Shown: positions 1 through 12,800, counted from the whole stretch's first letter. The stretch is 59,539 nucleotides of DNA, filler included, from Sluysia triapertura (GCA_046118255.1; 4 parts of 4 records of this genome joined end to end with filler, not necessarily neighbours in it), one strand, 5' to 3'. The notes: a model not told the origin generated them from the sequence alone. Made by a program: numbers and translations.

Positions 1-2002
1 TCGTGTTTTATTTATTAAATAATATTGTTAATTTGTTATAATATAAATTGTGTTTGTATATACAGCAAAAATAGGGAGTGTCCTCTACTTTTGAAACATG
101 GTGTATGCTTATATTGAACGTCATCAAAAAGGCTGTTATTCATCAATCTCTGATAACATCAAAACTAACTTTTAAACTTTTTTCATTTTTTGAACAGTAA
201 AAATTTATTAATTTTGTTTATAGTTTGTTTTAATTGAACAAATTAAACATTAAACACTTCACACTTTAGACGAATATATAAAATTCATGAAATATAAATT
301 TCAATAATTAAAAGAAATAATTAAAATAAAATTAGCATAAAGTAGATTTAATTTATCATTAAAAATAATTACATTATCGATTATAGTATCAATGTCAAAA
401 CAAAATTTTAATTTCTAAACTCTTCAAATAATTAATGACTTTTTTAATTGACAATTTTTGTTTTCAAACACAGCACTGAAATTAAAATTTCATTATCTTC
501 TCAATGCTATGATCATTTGAGTGATCAATATTTATTTATACAGACAGAAAATATTTATCTCTAAATAATTAAACAGCATTCATTTTCAGTAGTATGAAAA
601 TGATCCCACTTCAAAACTTAGCTAAGTATTTATTATAAAAAATTTAAATAAAGATTAATATTTAAATAAAACTCATCCTTTTCATCGATATATAATATGT
701 ATAAACTTCGTAGATGTTTCATTAATATATGAGTCATATTTTTAAAATTATCAATGCTGTATAAATGAAAGCATACAAACATTTCATTTTCCATTTGTGA
801 AAAAAGTAGGACAAATTATACAAGCAAGAGAAATATTTAGTAATATAATATATAGAATGACCTTGATAGAGATTTATAAAAATACATATGCAAAATTAGT
901 TTGATCAACAAATTAACAATTTCAGTGCGCATTTTCTCAGTATAAAAGTGCATTAATTAATTTTACAAAGGTCATTTAATTCGTTTTATTAGACAAGGCT
1001 GTTTTTAGACATTGGAAAGGTAGATGAGTCAGATAAAACAATTTAAATCAAACTTATTTTATTATTATTCTTATTTTGTATTATTAATAATATTAATATA
1101 TTTAGAAATTGATTTTAAAACTTTAATTTTATAATAATTTTTAAAAAAATGAGTCATACGGTTCAATAATTACTGAGTTTTTGTAATTACTGACAATTAA
1201 AAATTGTACCATTCATTTGTGGGGCCATATTGAAATAATTAGGTCTTATGACAATAATTTATTGAAGTAGATAATATTGAGAAATAAATGAAGCCAAATT
1301 TTCTGTCTTCTTTTGTTGCAAATTAATTAATTCATAAGAAAACAATGTAAATATAATAAAAATTAATTAATTACATATTTAGACTATTTTTGGTCTTAAA
1401 TTTTATTTATGATTGTTATTTCATACGTTTAATGTGTTGTTTAAATCTTCATACACAGCGCAAATCAGAAAAAGAATTGCCACAAATATAAGAGATAATA
1501 TCAAACGTCATTTCCTATTTGTGGAAAGAAAATAACGTGACTAAATAAATGAAAAGGACTACAATTATCATTATCATTAATTTTAATCAATAATAAATAT
1601 GAGATGAAACTTATTTTATAAACAAAATCTAAAAATCGTCATAATTAATTATTTAATTTGAATTTAAGTAAGAATTAAAAACGATCTAATATCTATTAGA
1701 TTAAATTTTGATATGCTTATAATTCATGGCTCTTACTATTGATGTAGTAATAGGTTTTTTTAGATAAAATTGGATATTTTAATGGAATAAATTGCTTTTA
1801 GACATTTTATATGTAGAATATTGTTCAATAATAAATAATATAATAATTTATGAGCTATTAGTACACAACGTTTTTACGAAGTATATTTTGTTTTATATTT
1901 CCCATACTTTATCAAAATTAAGTCAAATTCTTATTAATGTAGCTGTATAATTCCTCGATTGTTTTTTTATTTGATGTGCAACTGGTATGGTTTAATTATT
2001 AT

Positions 2003-2209
2003 TGTTAGATTGTAACTACAACCCTCTAAATTCATCAAAAGTGCTTTAAACATCTTTTAAAACTTTTAAAATGACTTTAAAAATATGTATTTTCAAAAAA
2101 ATAAATTATTTTTCGAAGAAAGAAAATTAGCACATAAAAATAGAATAGAAGCTTCTAGAATGTTCTAGAACATTCCACTGATTCATATTGTCTCATGATT
2201 AGTGTATAT
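2003..2209 (+). mobile_element. 5' part of an older LTR, truncated at its TATA box
   Basis: Starts TGTTAG; colinear diverged homologue of 2210-2414 (shared ctctaaa, gaaaattagca, aatagaagctt.tagaatgttct.gaacatt); ends at GTATAT, where the sister copy has GTATATAAA. Confidence 0.65.
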
Positions 2210-3012
2210 TGTTAGGTTGTCATAACAATCCTCTAAAATCATTCAAAATGCATTAAAATTATTTATAAATGTCCAAAAACCCTTTAAAAATGTTAATTTT
2301 TTAAAAAAGAAAATTATTTTCCAAAAAAGAAAATTAGCATCTAAAAATAAAATAGAAGCTTGTAGAATGTTCTGGAACATTACATCGATTTTCATTGGCT
2401 GATGACTCGTATATAAACTAGCATCAGTTTAATGAAAATCGCCATTTTGATTAGTTTAAAAAAATTCAGCGCCATTTACATATAGTCAGTATATAGCACC
2501 GCCATTTTGAATTTATTATTCAATTCGTTCAGTGTTTAGCAGTTCAACTGCAAGCCGGATCGGAGTTTTTTAATCGATTTCCATGCAAGAGTAAATTATT
2601 TTATTTTAAGGAGATGTTGACTTTCATATAAGCCAAAATCATAAAATACAGACAAAATCAAATTTAAACATTATTAATGTAAGGATCCCGATATATTGAG
2701 AGAAAATCTTCTACTTAACTTGAAATGGTAAACAAATCAAAGATCCCAAAAAGGATTTTGATTTTAAAATTCAAGTTTTTTGTTTTTGTTGTACAATATC
2801 TTAACATTTTGTTAATTTGTATATTTAGTTAATAAAATTTAAGTAATTATTTTTGCTCATTGTCATATTTTAAGTTTAGGACCCTCCAAACGTAAGATTC
2901 TCAACTCATTAGTTACAGAAACACCAACTACTAGTTGTAAGACCTTTACTGTAACCGGATCCTGCTCAATCTTTTATTTTGCCGTAGGTTTAGCTTTAAG
3001 AAAACCACAGCA
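2210..3012 (+). mobile_element. Solo LTR (Gypsy-like), ~800 bp
   Basis: TG...CA ends with imperfect inverted termini (TGTTAGGTT / AAAACCACAGCA); ATAT on both sides (2206-2209, 3013-3016); TATAAA followed by TCAGT near 2412-2428; three GCCATTT motifs; homologous terminus recurs inverted at ~40566-40670. Confidence 0.65.
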
Positions 3013-3452
3013 ATATTATAGTATATTTTTGTTTTATGAGCAAATGTTTATTAGATTGTTTGTTACTTTTATTAACAAACGTATGTTAATGTAAATACAA
3101 AAACTAATTAAATAAATAACACTATGACATTATATAATAAGTTTACATTATTTAGTTATATAATACTTACAGGCTGTACTTTCCATGATTTCTACTCATT
3201 ATGTCAATTATATAATATTGTATGAATATAATCCTGCATATAGAATTTAAAATAATCATCGATTCTAAGATATCGCTGGCCCACCACCATTGAAAACACT
3301 GTTTTAGTTACATTTATTTGTTGATAATTTAGAGATTGGGGGCTTTTTATAATTATTATGAGTCACTTCGAAAATTGTCAACATGAATAATGTTAGGTTT
3401 CACTTATGACAATTACAATAACCATTAATAACAAATAATAGTAATGATAATG

Positions 3453-3583
3453 NNNNNNNNNNNNNNNNNNNNNNNNNNNNNNNNNNNNNNNNNNNNNNNN
3501 NNNNNNNNNNNNNNNNNNNNNNNNNNNNNNNNNNNNNNNNNNNNNNNNNNNNNNNNNNNNNNNNNNNNNNNNNNNNNNNNNNN
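3453..3583. other. Assembly gap (N run)
   Basis: Run of N flanked by AAT-rich repeats. Confidence 0.99.
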
Positions 3584-4628
3584 AATTAATATAATAAATA
3601 ATAATAGTGATAATAATATTAATTATGTTAAGTTTTCTATTCTACTTTTTATTTATATCTCCAAAAATTAAATTTTCAATTAAAAATTGCTTTCTTTGAT
3701 TTTTCTTTTTCAAACTGCAGTAGTCAATTCCAATTGTTGTATTTACTTTATATTTAATCAAACAAAAAATAGAGATATCTTCAGTTACATAATTCAAACA
3801 ATCATTTTTTATTTTGTATTAATTTAAAATTATAATTTTCTGGGTGTGAGCACATCCCAAATTAAAGACAAGAACAATAATATAATAATAATATCATTAT
3901 TATTATTATTATGGCATGTCATCCACAAATGAAGGGTGTAACGCCCATTCAAAGGACGATTCTATAAAAGTACGACATTTAAATAATTAAATTGATCGAT
4001 ATTGTGCATTATCGATAGAAGACCATTTATACAATAAATCGTAAGCTTTTTGTTGTAGGTTTTTTTCTTACTCATGTTCAGATCAAAATATCACTTAAAA
4101 TATCAACGAATTTTAAATCAAACTTCAAACTATCTTATTTTTAATTGAGGATCATAATTTTGTTATCTTTGTATTATAATCTTTATTATTTGTTTATTTT
4201 ATCCCAGATTTAATTTATTGGTTTTGATTCATATTTATTGTAATATTATATAAATTTTGAAAGTGAAGAAACACATGGTATTGTGGACACAGAGTCATTC
4301 TTCAGCAATATACTTATCCGGTCATATTTTTTATACGCCACCTAGTTGATAAGATAACATCTACAGTTACAGTGCATACATAAAACAGTTAATAAAATCA
4401 AAATCAATTAAATGAACAAATACGAATTAAATTTTAATTAACTTCAACAAAGGGTCGAATGGATTATCACTTTTCCAATCAAATCAAAGAAATTCCGTTA
4501 TAAAATCTGCTTTGTCAGTTTTATATGACATTTATGTTAGACTTCACAAAATGGACTATACTATCCACAAATCGATAGGTTGGTAGAAAGCTTTAATAGA
4601 ACACTAACAAATATGCTTCAATCGTATG

Positions 4629-4771
4629 TGTTGGGTTAAAAGGCCTAAAGTGCCATTTGGCAAAATTGATTATAATAAAATAAAAACGTTAGGCGGGCTG
4701 ATAGCTCAGTGGTAGAGCAGACGATGGTCCCGGGTTCGATCTTCGGTCAGTTCATTTTACGAAGTGTAACA
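4629..4771 (+). mobile_element. Mini solo-LTR (TRIM-like) containing a tRNA-derived core
   Basis: TGTT...AACA termini, near-TSD TATG/CATG; removing it restores the integrase frame (S-Y-V-S-D-R); second copy at 8999-9128. Confidence 0.75.
4695..4754 (+). pseudogene. tRNA-like Pol III unit inside the mini-LTR (anticodon arm deleted)
   Basis: Acceptor stem GGGCTGA/TCAGTTC-A, A box TAGCTCAGTGG, D stem GCTC/GAGC, T arm CCGGG-TTCGATC-TTCGG (B box), followed by TTTT. Confidence 0.75.
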
Positions 4772-5164
4772 CATGTTAGTGATAGACAAAATGATTGGAA
4801 TTTATACATTTACCGGCCACACATTTGACTCCATTTTATTTAATGTATGGAAGACATTCACCAAAATTACACAAACCATTTAAGGGTCCCTATGAAGTTA
4901 TGAAAAATATGTTCATTAAGAATCCATATAAGATTAACGCGAAGACATTTGCAATAGATGTAAACCGGAATATAACAATCTTGAAAGTTAAACTGAAAAA
5001 TAAAGTCCGCGATAAGCCACCTTCAGTTCATTCATTTGTTATTAAACATGTGATAATGATGATGAATGCATAATAGATGGTCAAACATTTCTTTTAACTA
5101 CGTCTCATTTTTCAGACAAGTCGTACCCCCTATTACCGACAGTTATATTTATTATTTTTAATAA

Positions 5165-5209
<45 letters not shown>

Positions 5210-5214
5210 TTCAG

Positions 5215-5374
5215 CTAATTGTTATGTTTCAACGACTACACAAGATAATCTCATTAAATAACTCATTCAACAATTTCAACCAATCATCATCTAGTCATCC
5301 AATAAACAAATCAACTCACAATTATCACCAATCAGATTATTATATATCAAATGAAGAAATTTTGAAATTATGTG
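5215..5374 (+). CDS. Coding exon of an unidentified gene (weak EndoU-like resemblance across this and the next exon)
   Basis: ttcag acceptor, gtaagt donor (phase 1); open frame (LIV)MFQRLHKIISLNNSF...YYISNEEILKLC; splices in frame to 6639-6691. Confidence 0.7.
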
Positions 5375-6638
5375 GTAAGTTGAATTTTAGTTGATGAGAA
5401 GAACACACAAGTGGTTTTTGAAATCAGTTTAAATATTATTTAACTATTGTGTACACTGTTCGTTGATTTGTAAAATTAATTAGTACAATTAATGTTTGAA
5501 AATAATAATAATAATAATAATTAATATTTACATATCTTGGTTATCAAATATTATTCATAATATTTTGTGGTTCTAAATAAATTTTATCACCAGTTTTTGA
5601 TTTAGGTGCATCTGATTTTATCTTATGAACATGATCAATAAATAAATGACAGTATAATGGTATTAAAAATCATGAATTTTCATTATCCTTCTTGAGTGAT
5701 TTTTGAAATAAATTTCTAATTGGGAAATCAATGTTTCATAATACAAAACATGTCTCATTTTGGAGTAATAGTTGTTCAATATATGCTATATAATATACAT
5801 ATATAGTATGATACATGCATCTGGTTCTACCTTTATTTTATTAAAAATCCATCGAAATTCATAACGTTGCATTGTGAATTCATTCTTGTTTTATTGTATT
5901 ATATTTAACTGAATAATACATTATTAAATCATTCAGTTGGAGTTTATTTACTGAGTAGGTTTGTTCCCGGTTTACTATAAAGTTTATATAACAAACAATT
6001 TTCTCGATAGAAAAAAGATATTTAGAACCACATATTATGAAAAGAGTACGCTATACATAATGTGTTATTTTATTTTTATTTAAATATTTTGTAACTTGTA
6101 TTAATATTCAATAAAAATTTATTTGTGGCTCTTGAAAAAAGTTTAAGTTTTATTTTATCCCTAATATTAAATTAGGCTAAAATCTTGTAGTAATTAAACT
6201 TACAAAAATGTACAACTAACCCTTTTCAGTGAATAGTATAATTCTCCACACGATAAATTGCGGCTGGATCAAGTCCTTATTATAAATCATCAATCACAAA
6301 GTTTGTCTACAATTGCCGAGTGAAAATCTTTAATTTCTCAATTCACATGTTTGATAACTATTATACCAAATGATTCTTCCAAATTTTAAACCTTTTTGTG
6401 AGTTTCTTATATTGATAATCGTGCACTACTTTTAATAATAGCACGTTTTTATACAGAATTGATTTATTATTGTTATTAAAATAGATTAACGGTCATTTAT
6501 TGATAACTTTACTTTAGACTGTTTTTCCACCGAGTTCCAATCTACGTTTTTTTTGTTATACTCAAATTTATTTCATATTTTTTAATTTACTTTGAATCTG
6601 ATAAAAATATCTCACAATATTGATAAATATAATTTCAG

Positions 6639-6691
6639 GTGAACTTTACGATGAAGATATAACAAACTTACAATGGAAAATTATCAAATTC
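6639..6691 (+). CDS. Coding exon, same gene as 5215-5374
   Basis: tttcag acceptor, gtaagt donor; phase-compatible reading (G)ELYDEDITNLQWKIIKF. Confidence 0.72.
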
Positions 6692-7479
6692 GTAAGTGAA
6701 ATAAAATAATACTTTAATTTTAAATGAACTTTTATCAAATATTTTTGCTCAAATTTAATTGGCTTCTTTAATTATGTCTGTCTTCATAAAGACTCAAATT
6801 TGTTTATATTCAAAAGTTGAAACAATTCTTCAATCATATTTGACATTATGCTGAAATGTGTTCAATAAATGGAAAGACGACTAATCAGTCTGTTTATGAC
6901 GTCATTCTTCGATGACATTTATTTTTCAATTTTCAGTACTAAATATATAATTTACATACACACCTAAATATTGAAGAAGATTAAATAACATTTAGGTGAA
7001 AAATGAGTCACATAATAGAATAAACGACAGGGAAAAATTAACTATAGAATAAAATTTAATTAAAAATTAACTGGCCATAATAAAAGTGATAGAATGAGTG
7101 CAATAAAATAATTTATTTGATTACTTTTAAGTTTAATATTCACTTAATAATTTATGGATTTTGTGATGGTTAAGGATTTAAAAATCGAAATATAGTTAAT
7201 AGTTAAAAGATATTTAAATCAAACACAATTAGTTCACTACAATGGGACTTAAGGTCCGCTCGAATTTTTACATCAAAAAATCGAAAAATAGGCTTAAGAC
7301 CTAAGATCAATTCATTAAATGAAAAAGAAAACACAAAATAACAACTTTCATTATCTATTTCGCAACTCAAAATTCGGTAAAAATGGAAAAATATAAAACA
7401 TTTATCAAGAATTAGCGTGGCCAATACTTTTTGATAGTTAGAATTAATTAATTTAAAATTTAAATCGGCCAACCACTTA

Positions 7480-8350
7480 TAAAATTCTCCACTAGCACTA
7501 AGATCAAGTTCTTGACATAACTGATACGCAAGAGTTAAATTTTCTCATGTACAATAAGTTTCTTGTGGTAGGATTCGATTATTTAATGAAATATGATTTT
7601 TCTTAATACTACAGGTGTGTTCCTTAATGCAGATTCACTAATTGACATTGATAAGGAGACTGTTATCATTGGATAAGTAGATATGAGATTTGTACAAAGA
7701 CATATTTCGCATCTGTATAAATTTAAATTATATACTTTACTTTCGAGACAAATTTTGGGACATGATGATTTTGGGGAACTGCAGCTTTTGCTATGCTTTT
7801 TTTTAGCTTGTACACATTTGATTTTTAAATTAAGTAGGTTAGGAGCTAAATTCATGTAAGCCAGAGTCTCACGACCTTTTATTGTAGGATTAACGGGCCC
7901 ATGAATGGCAACATTAACTCTTCTCCGACTTGTCAAACTTTAAACTTGAACATCCTTTTATTTCAAAAGGTGTTAGAAAAATTTTTAGAAAATTCCTAAT
8001 ATTTAAACAACAGTAATAATGATTTTTGAAATTTTTGCTTTTAACATTAAAAAACTTAATAAAAATAATAAGTTGGAAGAATAATAGAATAATAAAGTAA
8101 CAAAAATAATAAAATAATAAAAATAAAAAAATAATAGAAATAATGATGATGTGAATGATGATCAGGGGGAAAAGAAACATGATATTAATATAAAAGATTT
8201 TGGTATGTGGTTTAGAGTTTGTAGAGCGTTATTTGTAGTTTATGCGGATGTAGGAAAGTGACGATGACATGAAAATATTGGATGTGGAATTTGATGAATA
8301 AATTGAGGGTAACAAAATTATTAATATGCGTGAAACAACAGAGTTATCTC
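7480..8350 (-). mobile_element. Decayed Penelope-like retroelement (GIY-YIG region)
   Basis: ORF 7583-7936 has SCPKICLESKVY..YRCEICLC...STY, resembling the Cys-rich linker and VVY..C..C..YIG segment of Penelope GIY-YIG endonucleases; disrupted. Confidence 0.55.
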
Positions 8351-8419
8351 AGAAAGATATGATATTCTTTCAGCTATAATAGAATTGTTTTCTTTAATAA
8401 TAATAAAACGTAGCCAATT

Positions 8420-8850
8420 TTATCATTACGTTTGTATGTCTTTCATAATCATGGTGATTTCACATTGACACTATGTAGTCGAGCATGTCGTCGTGAGTAA
8501 ATACATGACATCTAACTTTGTCTAGAAATTCAATAAGGATTTTATCATTGTATGGTCCTTCTAAACTATCAAATGAACGAGGACAATATAATCTGGATTA
8601 ATTGCAACATTTAACATTGTTAATTTTAAAATGTGTAAAACGTGTCAAAGTTTGTGATCACTGAACGCTATTTTAATATCAACTTGATCATTCTGATTAC
8701 TAACCGTTATCATGTTTACAAGGACAAGATTTAACGAGCTTACAATCATTTTTTAGAATAAAACTTTGAATAGGATACGCCGATCGATGTATTTCTAGAA
8801 TAGATATCATTAAGAAATGCTGTTAATTCATTCATCATCATTTTATGATT
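8420..8850 (-). mobile_element. Decayed IS630/Tc1-like DDE transposase fragment
   Basis: Minus-strand pieces LNVAINPDYIV / DSLEGPYNDKILIEFLDKV / DYIVSM resemble the DDE_3 core; stops and frameshifts present. Confidence 0.45.
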
Positions 8851-8998
8851 TAGTTTTTAATTACAATTATATACTCTAAAAAATTTAAAATTTTTTATTC
8901 TAAGACGGACTGCAAAAAATCAGTGTGATATTTCAACCCATACCGCGATTATATTGTATCATTTACATAAACATACACACATACCAAAACTCAACTTG

Positions 8999-9128
8999 TG
9001 TTGGGATAAAGGCCTAATGTGCCATGTAGTATAATGGACTACGGTAATCTAAAAATTGTTAGACGGAGCTGATAACTCAGCGGTAGAGCATCGAACTACG
9101 CAGCGAGAGGTTCCGGGTTCGATCAACA
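8999..9128 (+). mobile_element. Second copy of tRNA-containing mini-LTR
   Basis: Same leader TGTTGGG.TAAAGGCCTAA.GTGCCAT; tRNA-like core from 9066 (GAGCTGATAACTCAGCGGTAGAGCA, loop CTACGCA, CCGGGTTCGATC); internal 3' deletion but still ends AACA. Confidence 0.7.
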
Positions 9129-9455
9129 TTTAGAACTGCCTTAAATCTTACATTCAATCTCGCAAATTGTAAGAATGCCAATTAAAGTTAGTTTTAATCA
9201 TGTGCAATAACATTATTTGATTCTAACGTTTAAGAAAAATATAACTATAATTGTTAACATTGTTGTTATTGCACCTTTAAATGCTTTAAACACTTTTGTA
9301 TACTAAAGTTAAAAATTAAAAGCGATAATAGAGATAGTCACAATAATCACTAAAATTACCATGATCATGCAGTTAATATGTCCTTACGGCCAATCTCAAT
9401 GACTAATTTTAATTAATTTGTTTAACTGTTTTAATTATTTTATTTCACAGGCCCA

Positions 9456-9718
9456 NNNNNNNNNNNNNNNNNNNNNNNNNNNNNNNNNNNNNNNNNNNNN
9501 NNNNNNNNNNNNNNNNNNNNNNNNNNNNNNNNNNNNNNNNNNNNNNNNNNNNNNNNNNNNNNNNNNNNNNNNNNNNNNNNNNNNNNNNNNNNNNNNNNNN
9601 NNNNNNNNNNNNNNNNNNNNNNNNNNNNNNNNNNNNNNNNNNNNNNNNNNNNNNNNNNNNNNNNNNNNNNNNNNNNNNNNNNNNNNNNNNNNNNNNNNNN
9701 NNNNNNNNNNNNNNNNNN
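9456..9718. other. Assembly gap (N run)
   Basis: Run of N beginning 5 nt after a strong acceptor (ttatttcacag|GCCCA). Confidence 0.99.
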
Positions 9719-12249
9719 TTATAAAAAACTAAAAATCAAGTCACATCAATACATAAATAGTTTGTAAACATTAGGCTAAACACAAATATGAGATAATAAA
9801 TTTGAATATAAAACAGAACGTAATATATTCTATTTATTAATAAACTGAATATTCATGAACATGCACTCTATAAATGCAGATGTGCTCTTTATGACCATAA
9901 TTTGATCTGATAAGATGTTCTACAAATTTGTTTCTTGTATTACATTATGTTTTTCTTTCCGATGATCTAACACTTTACTGCATTGAGGTATTATAATTCC
10001 TTTTTCAATTTGAATTTCACTTCATCTCTGATTTCTAATTTTTTGTTTAGATAAATGCGTTCTGAATTTTCAAATTCAAATATTTCTTGTGATATTGTTT
10101 ACGGTCGGGTTGCTGAAATTGCACAATATAATGAAGATCTTTTTGTTAGGGTTGCTGCTCTGGTACTTACTGACATTGGTTGTTAAGCCTGTATAACAAT
10201 GAAATCATTTCTTTTCATTGTATTTCATTTCATTGGTTCTCATTTTCGTATTTGCGGCGTTGGAATTAGAGCCCAATATCTTCAATAGGTGTTACCACAG
10301 GACTGTTTTTGTTTGAAGGATTAATTACATTTTTGTATACTCCACAGCTGTCTCGTTTACTAAGATTTTGCATTTGATCCACATACATTTCCGATCACCA
10401 TAATTCTTGCGTACCCATATGATTATGAATTAAGTTTGGTCTTTTTTGACTTTTTTATATCGTTTTACGAATTGTAATTTGATGTTGTGCTATTAGATTT
10501 TGATGCTGCCACTGTGCAGTAGAGTGATTTTGATGATAACGTTCAAGAATGGCAGCCATGCAGTTTACATTATTTATTAAATAACAAAATTTTGCATCTT
10601 TTTATAGAAATATCTCTAAACGAAAAAGAGAATATACAATAACAACCTGAGATTGTATATAGGAAATGTAATAAATTCCTGACCCACTGAACTAGTTGCT
10701 ATTAAGGTCGAACCAAATCATTAATGCTGACCATATGCGATATCAGAAACATTAATAATCAACTAGATTATGATCATAAATCGATGACAGTTACCAGTCT
10801 TTGTCACAAAACAAGTAATCCAGCAAATACGAGTTCAATTTTAAAGCTAAAATCTGTGGATCCTTTTCTGACAGATCTAAATATAAATACGAAACATGTT
10901 TTTGAAAAAACGATATTTCAAAGTCAACTTTTCAGAAAAATTGATTCTTAATCGATCCTCTACTGCACCTATAATTATATCTTTACATATTTAATTCTAA
11001 ACATTTCTGGATTTAAAAAAATTCAATTTTTGTTAATACTAGTTGGGGGTAATTGATTTACTCCATATCTGTGCATACATAAATAGAACAAAGAGATTAG
11101 TTAATGTTCGTATACATTACACGATCAAAATTTCAATATTAATTAATATGACTGAATCATCATAAATAATTATACATAATACAATGTATTCAGATTATGC
11201 ATGCAATAAGAATTTAGGACGAAACACATTATAATGACACAAATGTAATATGAGCGCAGGTAATCATAAAAGTTATTGTACCACAGGTATAAGAAATCAA
11301 ACGTTTTAAAAGTATAAAAGTAAGTAATCACAAAAGTTGTGAAAATGGATCAACAAATTTGCTAATAGTTTAATTCCATATAATCCATTAGCACAATCAA
11401 CACCGAAAAGTTCATTTTCTTACAGTACTACATTCTTAAGACCACCATAATTAAAAAAGTTAGACCCACACAAAATACATGAAAGTAATGAGAACAATGT
11501 AGATATTGATAATTTTCGCACTCCAAAACACCCTAAGGATAACGAAATTATTGTAAAAGCGAACTTATGTTTATTGAATTCAAACCTGTCACTATCAATA
11601 ACATATTATTTTATAAATATAAATTCTGTATCGAATAAGACAACACCAGTATCACGAAAACCATTACCTAAGAAACAAAAAACCAGAAAACCATTAACAC
11701 AAGAACGAGATAAACGAAATGCAATAAACGAGAAAAATATAAATTGAAAAAAGCAGAACTTGTAATTGAAAAATACGAAAATGTATATAATATAAGTAAA
11801 ATACCAAAACATATGTGTATATAATTATTTTTCAGATTCTTCACTAAACTATGGAAAGTGGTCGTAATTACAATGAGAACTATTTGCGTTTCCAACATTC
11901 TACAATGTTCAAAAGTTTCGGACAAAATGTATTTTTGGACGTATTAGTGATATCGATTTTGAAAATATTCAAAGACAAGTTTTGATACTATTCATACTTT
12001 AATTATTGATAAAAATGAAAATTTATAAAATTGCATTCACCATTTTGTCAATTACTTGAAGCCAAATTTATATTAATTTTTATATAATTATGTGTAGAAT
12101 ATCTTCATGAACTGCTCCTGAATTAATTTTATGGCACGAGCATTTAGAATGCAGGGAAATGAAGAAGGTTCTCAAAGAATTACTAGAAGAATTTAAAGAA
12201 AACAATTTAATTAATAGATAACTATATTTTAGGTACGTGCTTCTTTTGA

Positions 12250-12800
12250 TTTAAATAAAATTGTGGCAGTGGAAAACCATATTTTGTATGCAAATTACTA
12301 CACAGTAATAAGTTTAAAACTAACTTTAATAAAATATATTTGGCATCAAGATTGGCGTGGAGAAGCAGGATTAACTCAAATTTTATGCATTAAAAATAAT
12401 TAGTGGTTTTGACGAAAAACACTATAAACCGTAACGGTATCATTACTGATAACTTATAATAAATACGATGATTTTAATAATTTTTTTACTAAAATAGCTA
12501 GATATGAGAAGTGACTATAATTTTTATAACTCAAAATCTATTCCATCAAGGTGGTAATCACTGTACTCGAAATTTAAATCTACATTACTTAATAATATTT
12601 AAAAATCCTAGAGATCAAACTGTAATAGATTGTTTAGCACGACAAACACTTCCACATTGAAAATTATTTTTAATAAATGATTTTCATGATGCAACAAAAA
12701 TACCACGCGGATACATGTTTTTAGATTTTACATAAGCATGTCCTATTGATATGCGTATATCATCTGATAATTTTAATCCCAAATATATTACTTATTATGA
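12250..12800 (+). pseudogene. Polinton A32/FtsK-like packaging ATPase relic
   Basis: Walker A CGSGK (12262), Walker B-like IITDNL, then FITQNLFHQGGNHCTRNLNLHYLIIFKNPRDQTVIDCLARQ and DATKIPRGYMFLDF. Confidence 0.85.

Larger units (their letters stand above)
4440..4930 (+). mobile_element. Decayed Ty3/Gypsy integrase fragment
   Basis: Translates to YYPQIDRLVESFNRTLTNMLQSY|VSDRQNDW, TPFYLMYGR and KLHKPFKGPYEV (rve core C-terminus and GPY/F motif); frameshifted and interrupted by the 4629-4771 insertion. Confidence 0.85.

Noticed and set aside
3444-3671. ORFs spanning N runs (also 9418-9732)
   Set aside because: Gap artefacts.
4695-4754. Functional tRNA gene
   Set aside because: Anticodon arm deleted and embedded in a repeated mobile unit; the second copy lacks the 3' acceptor strand.
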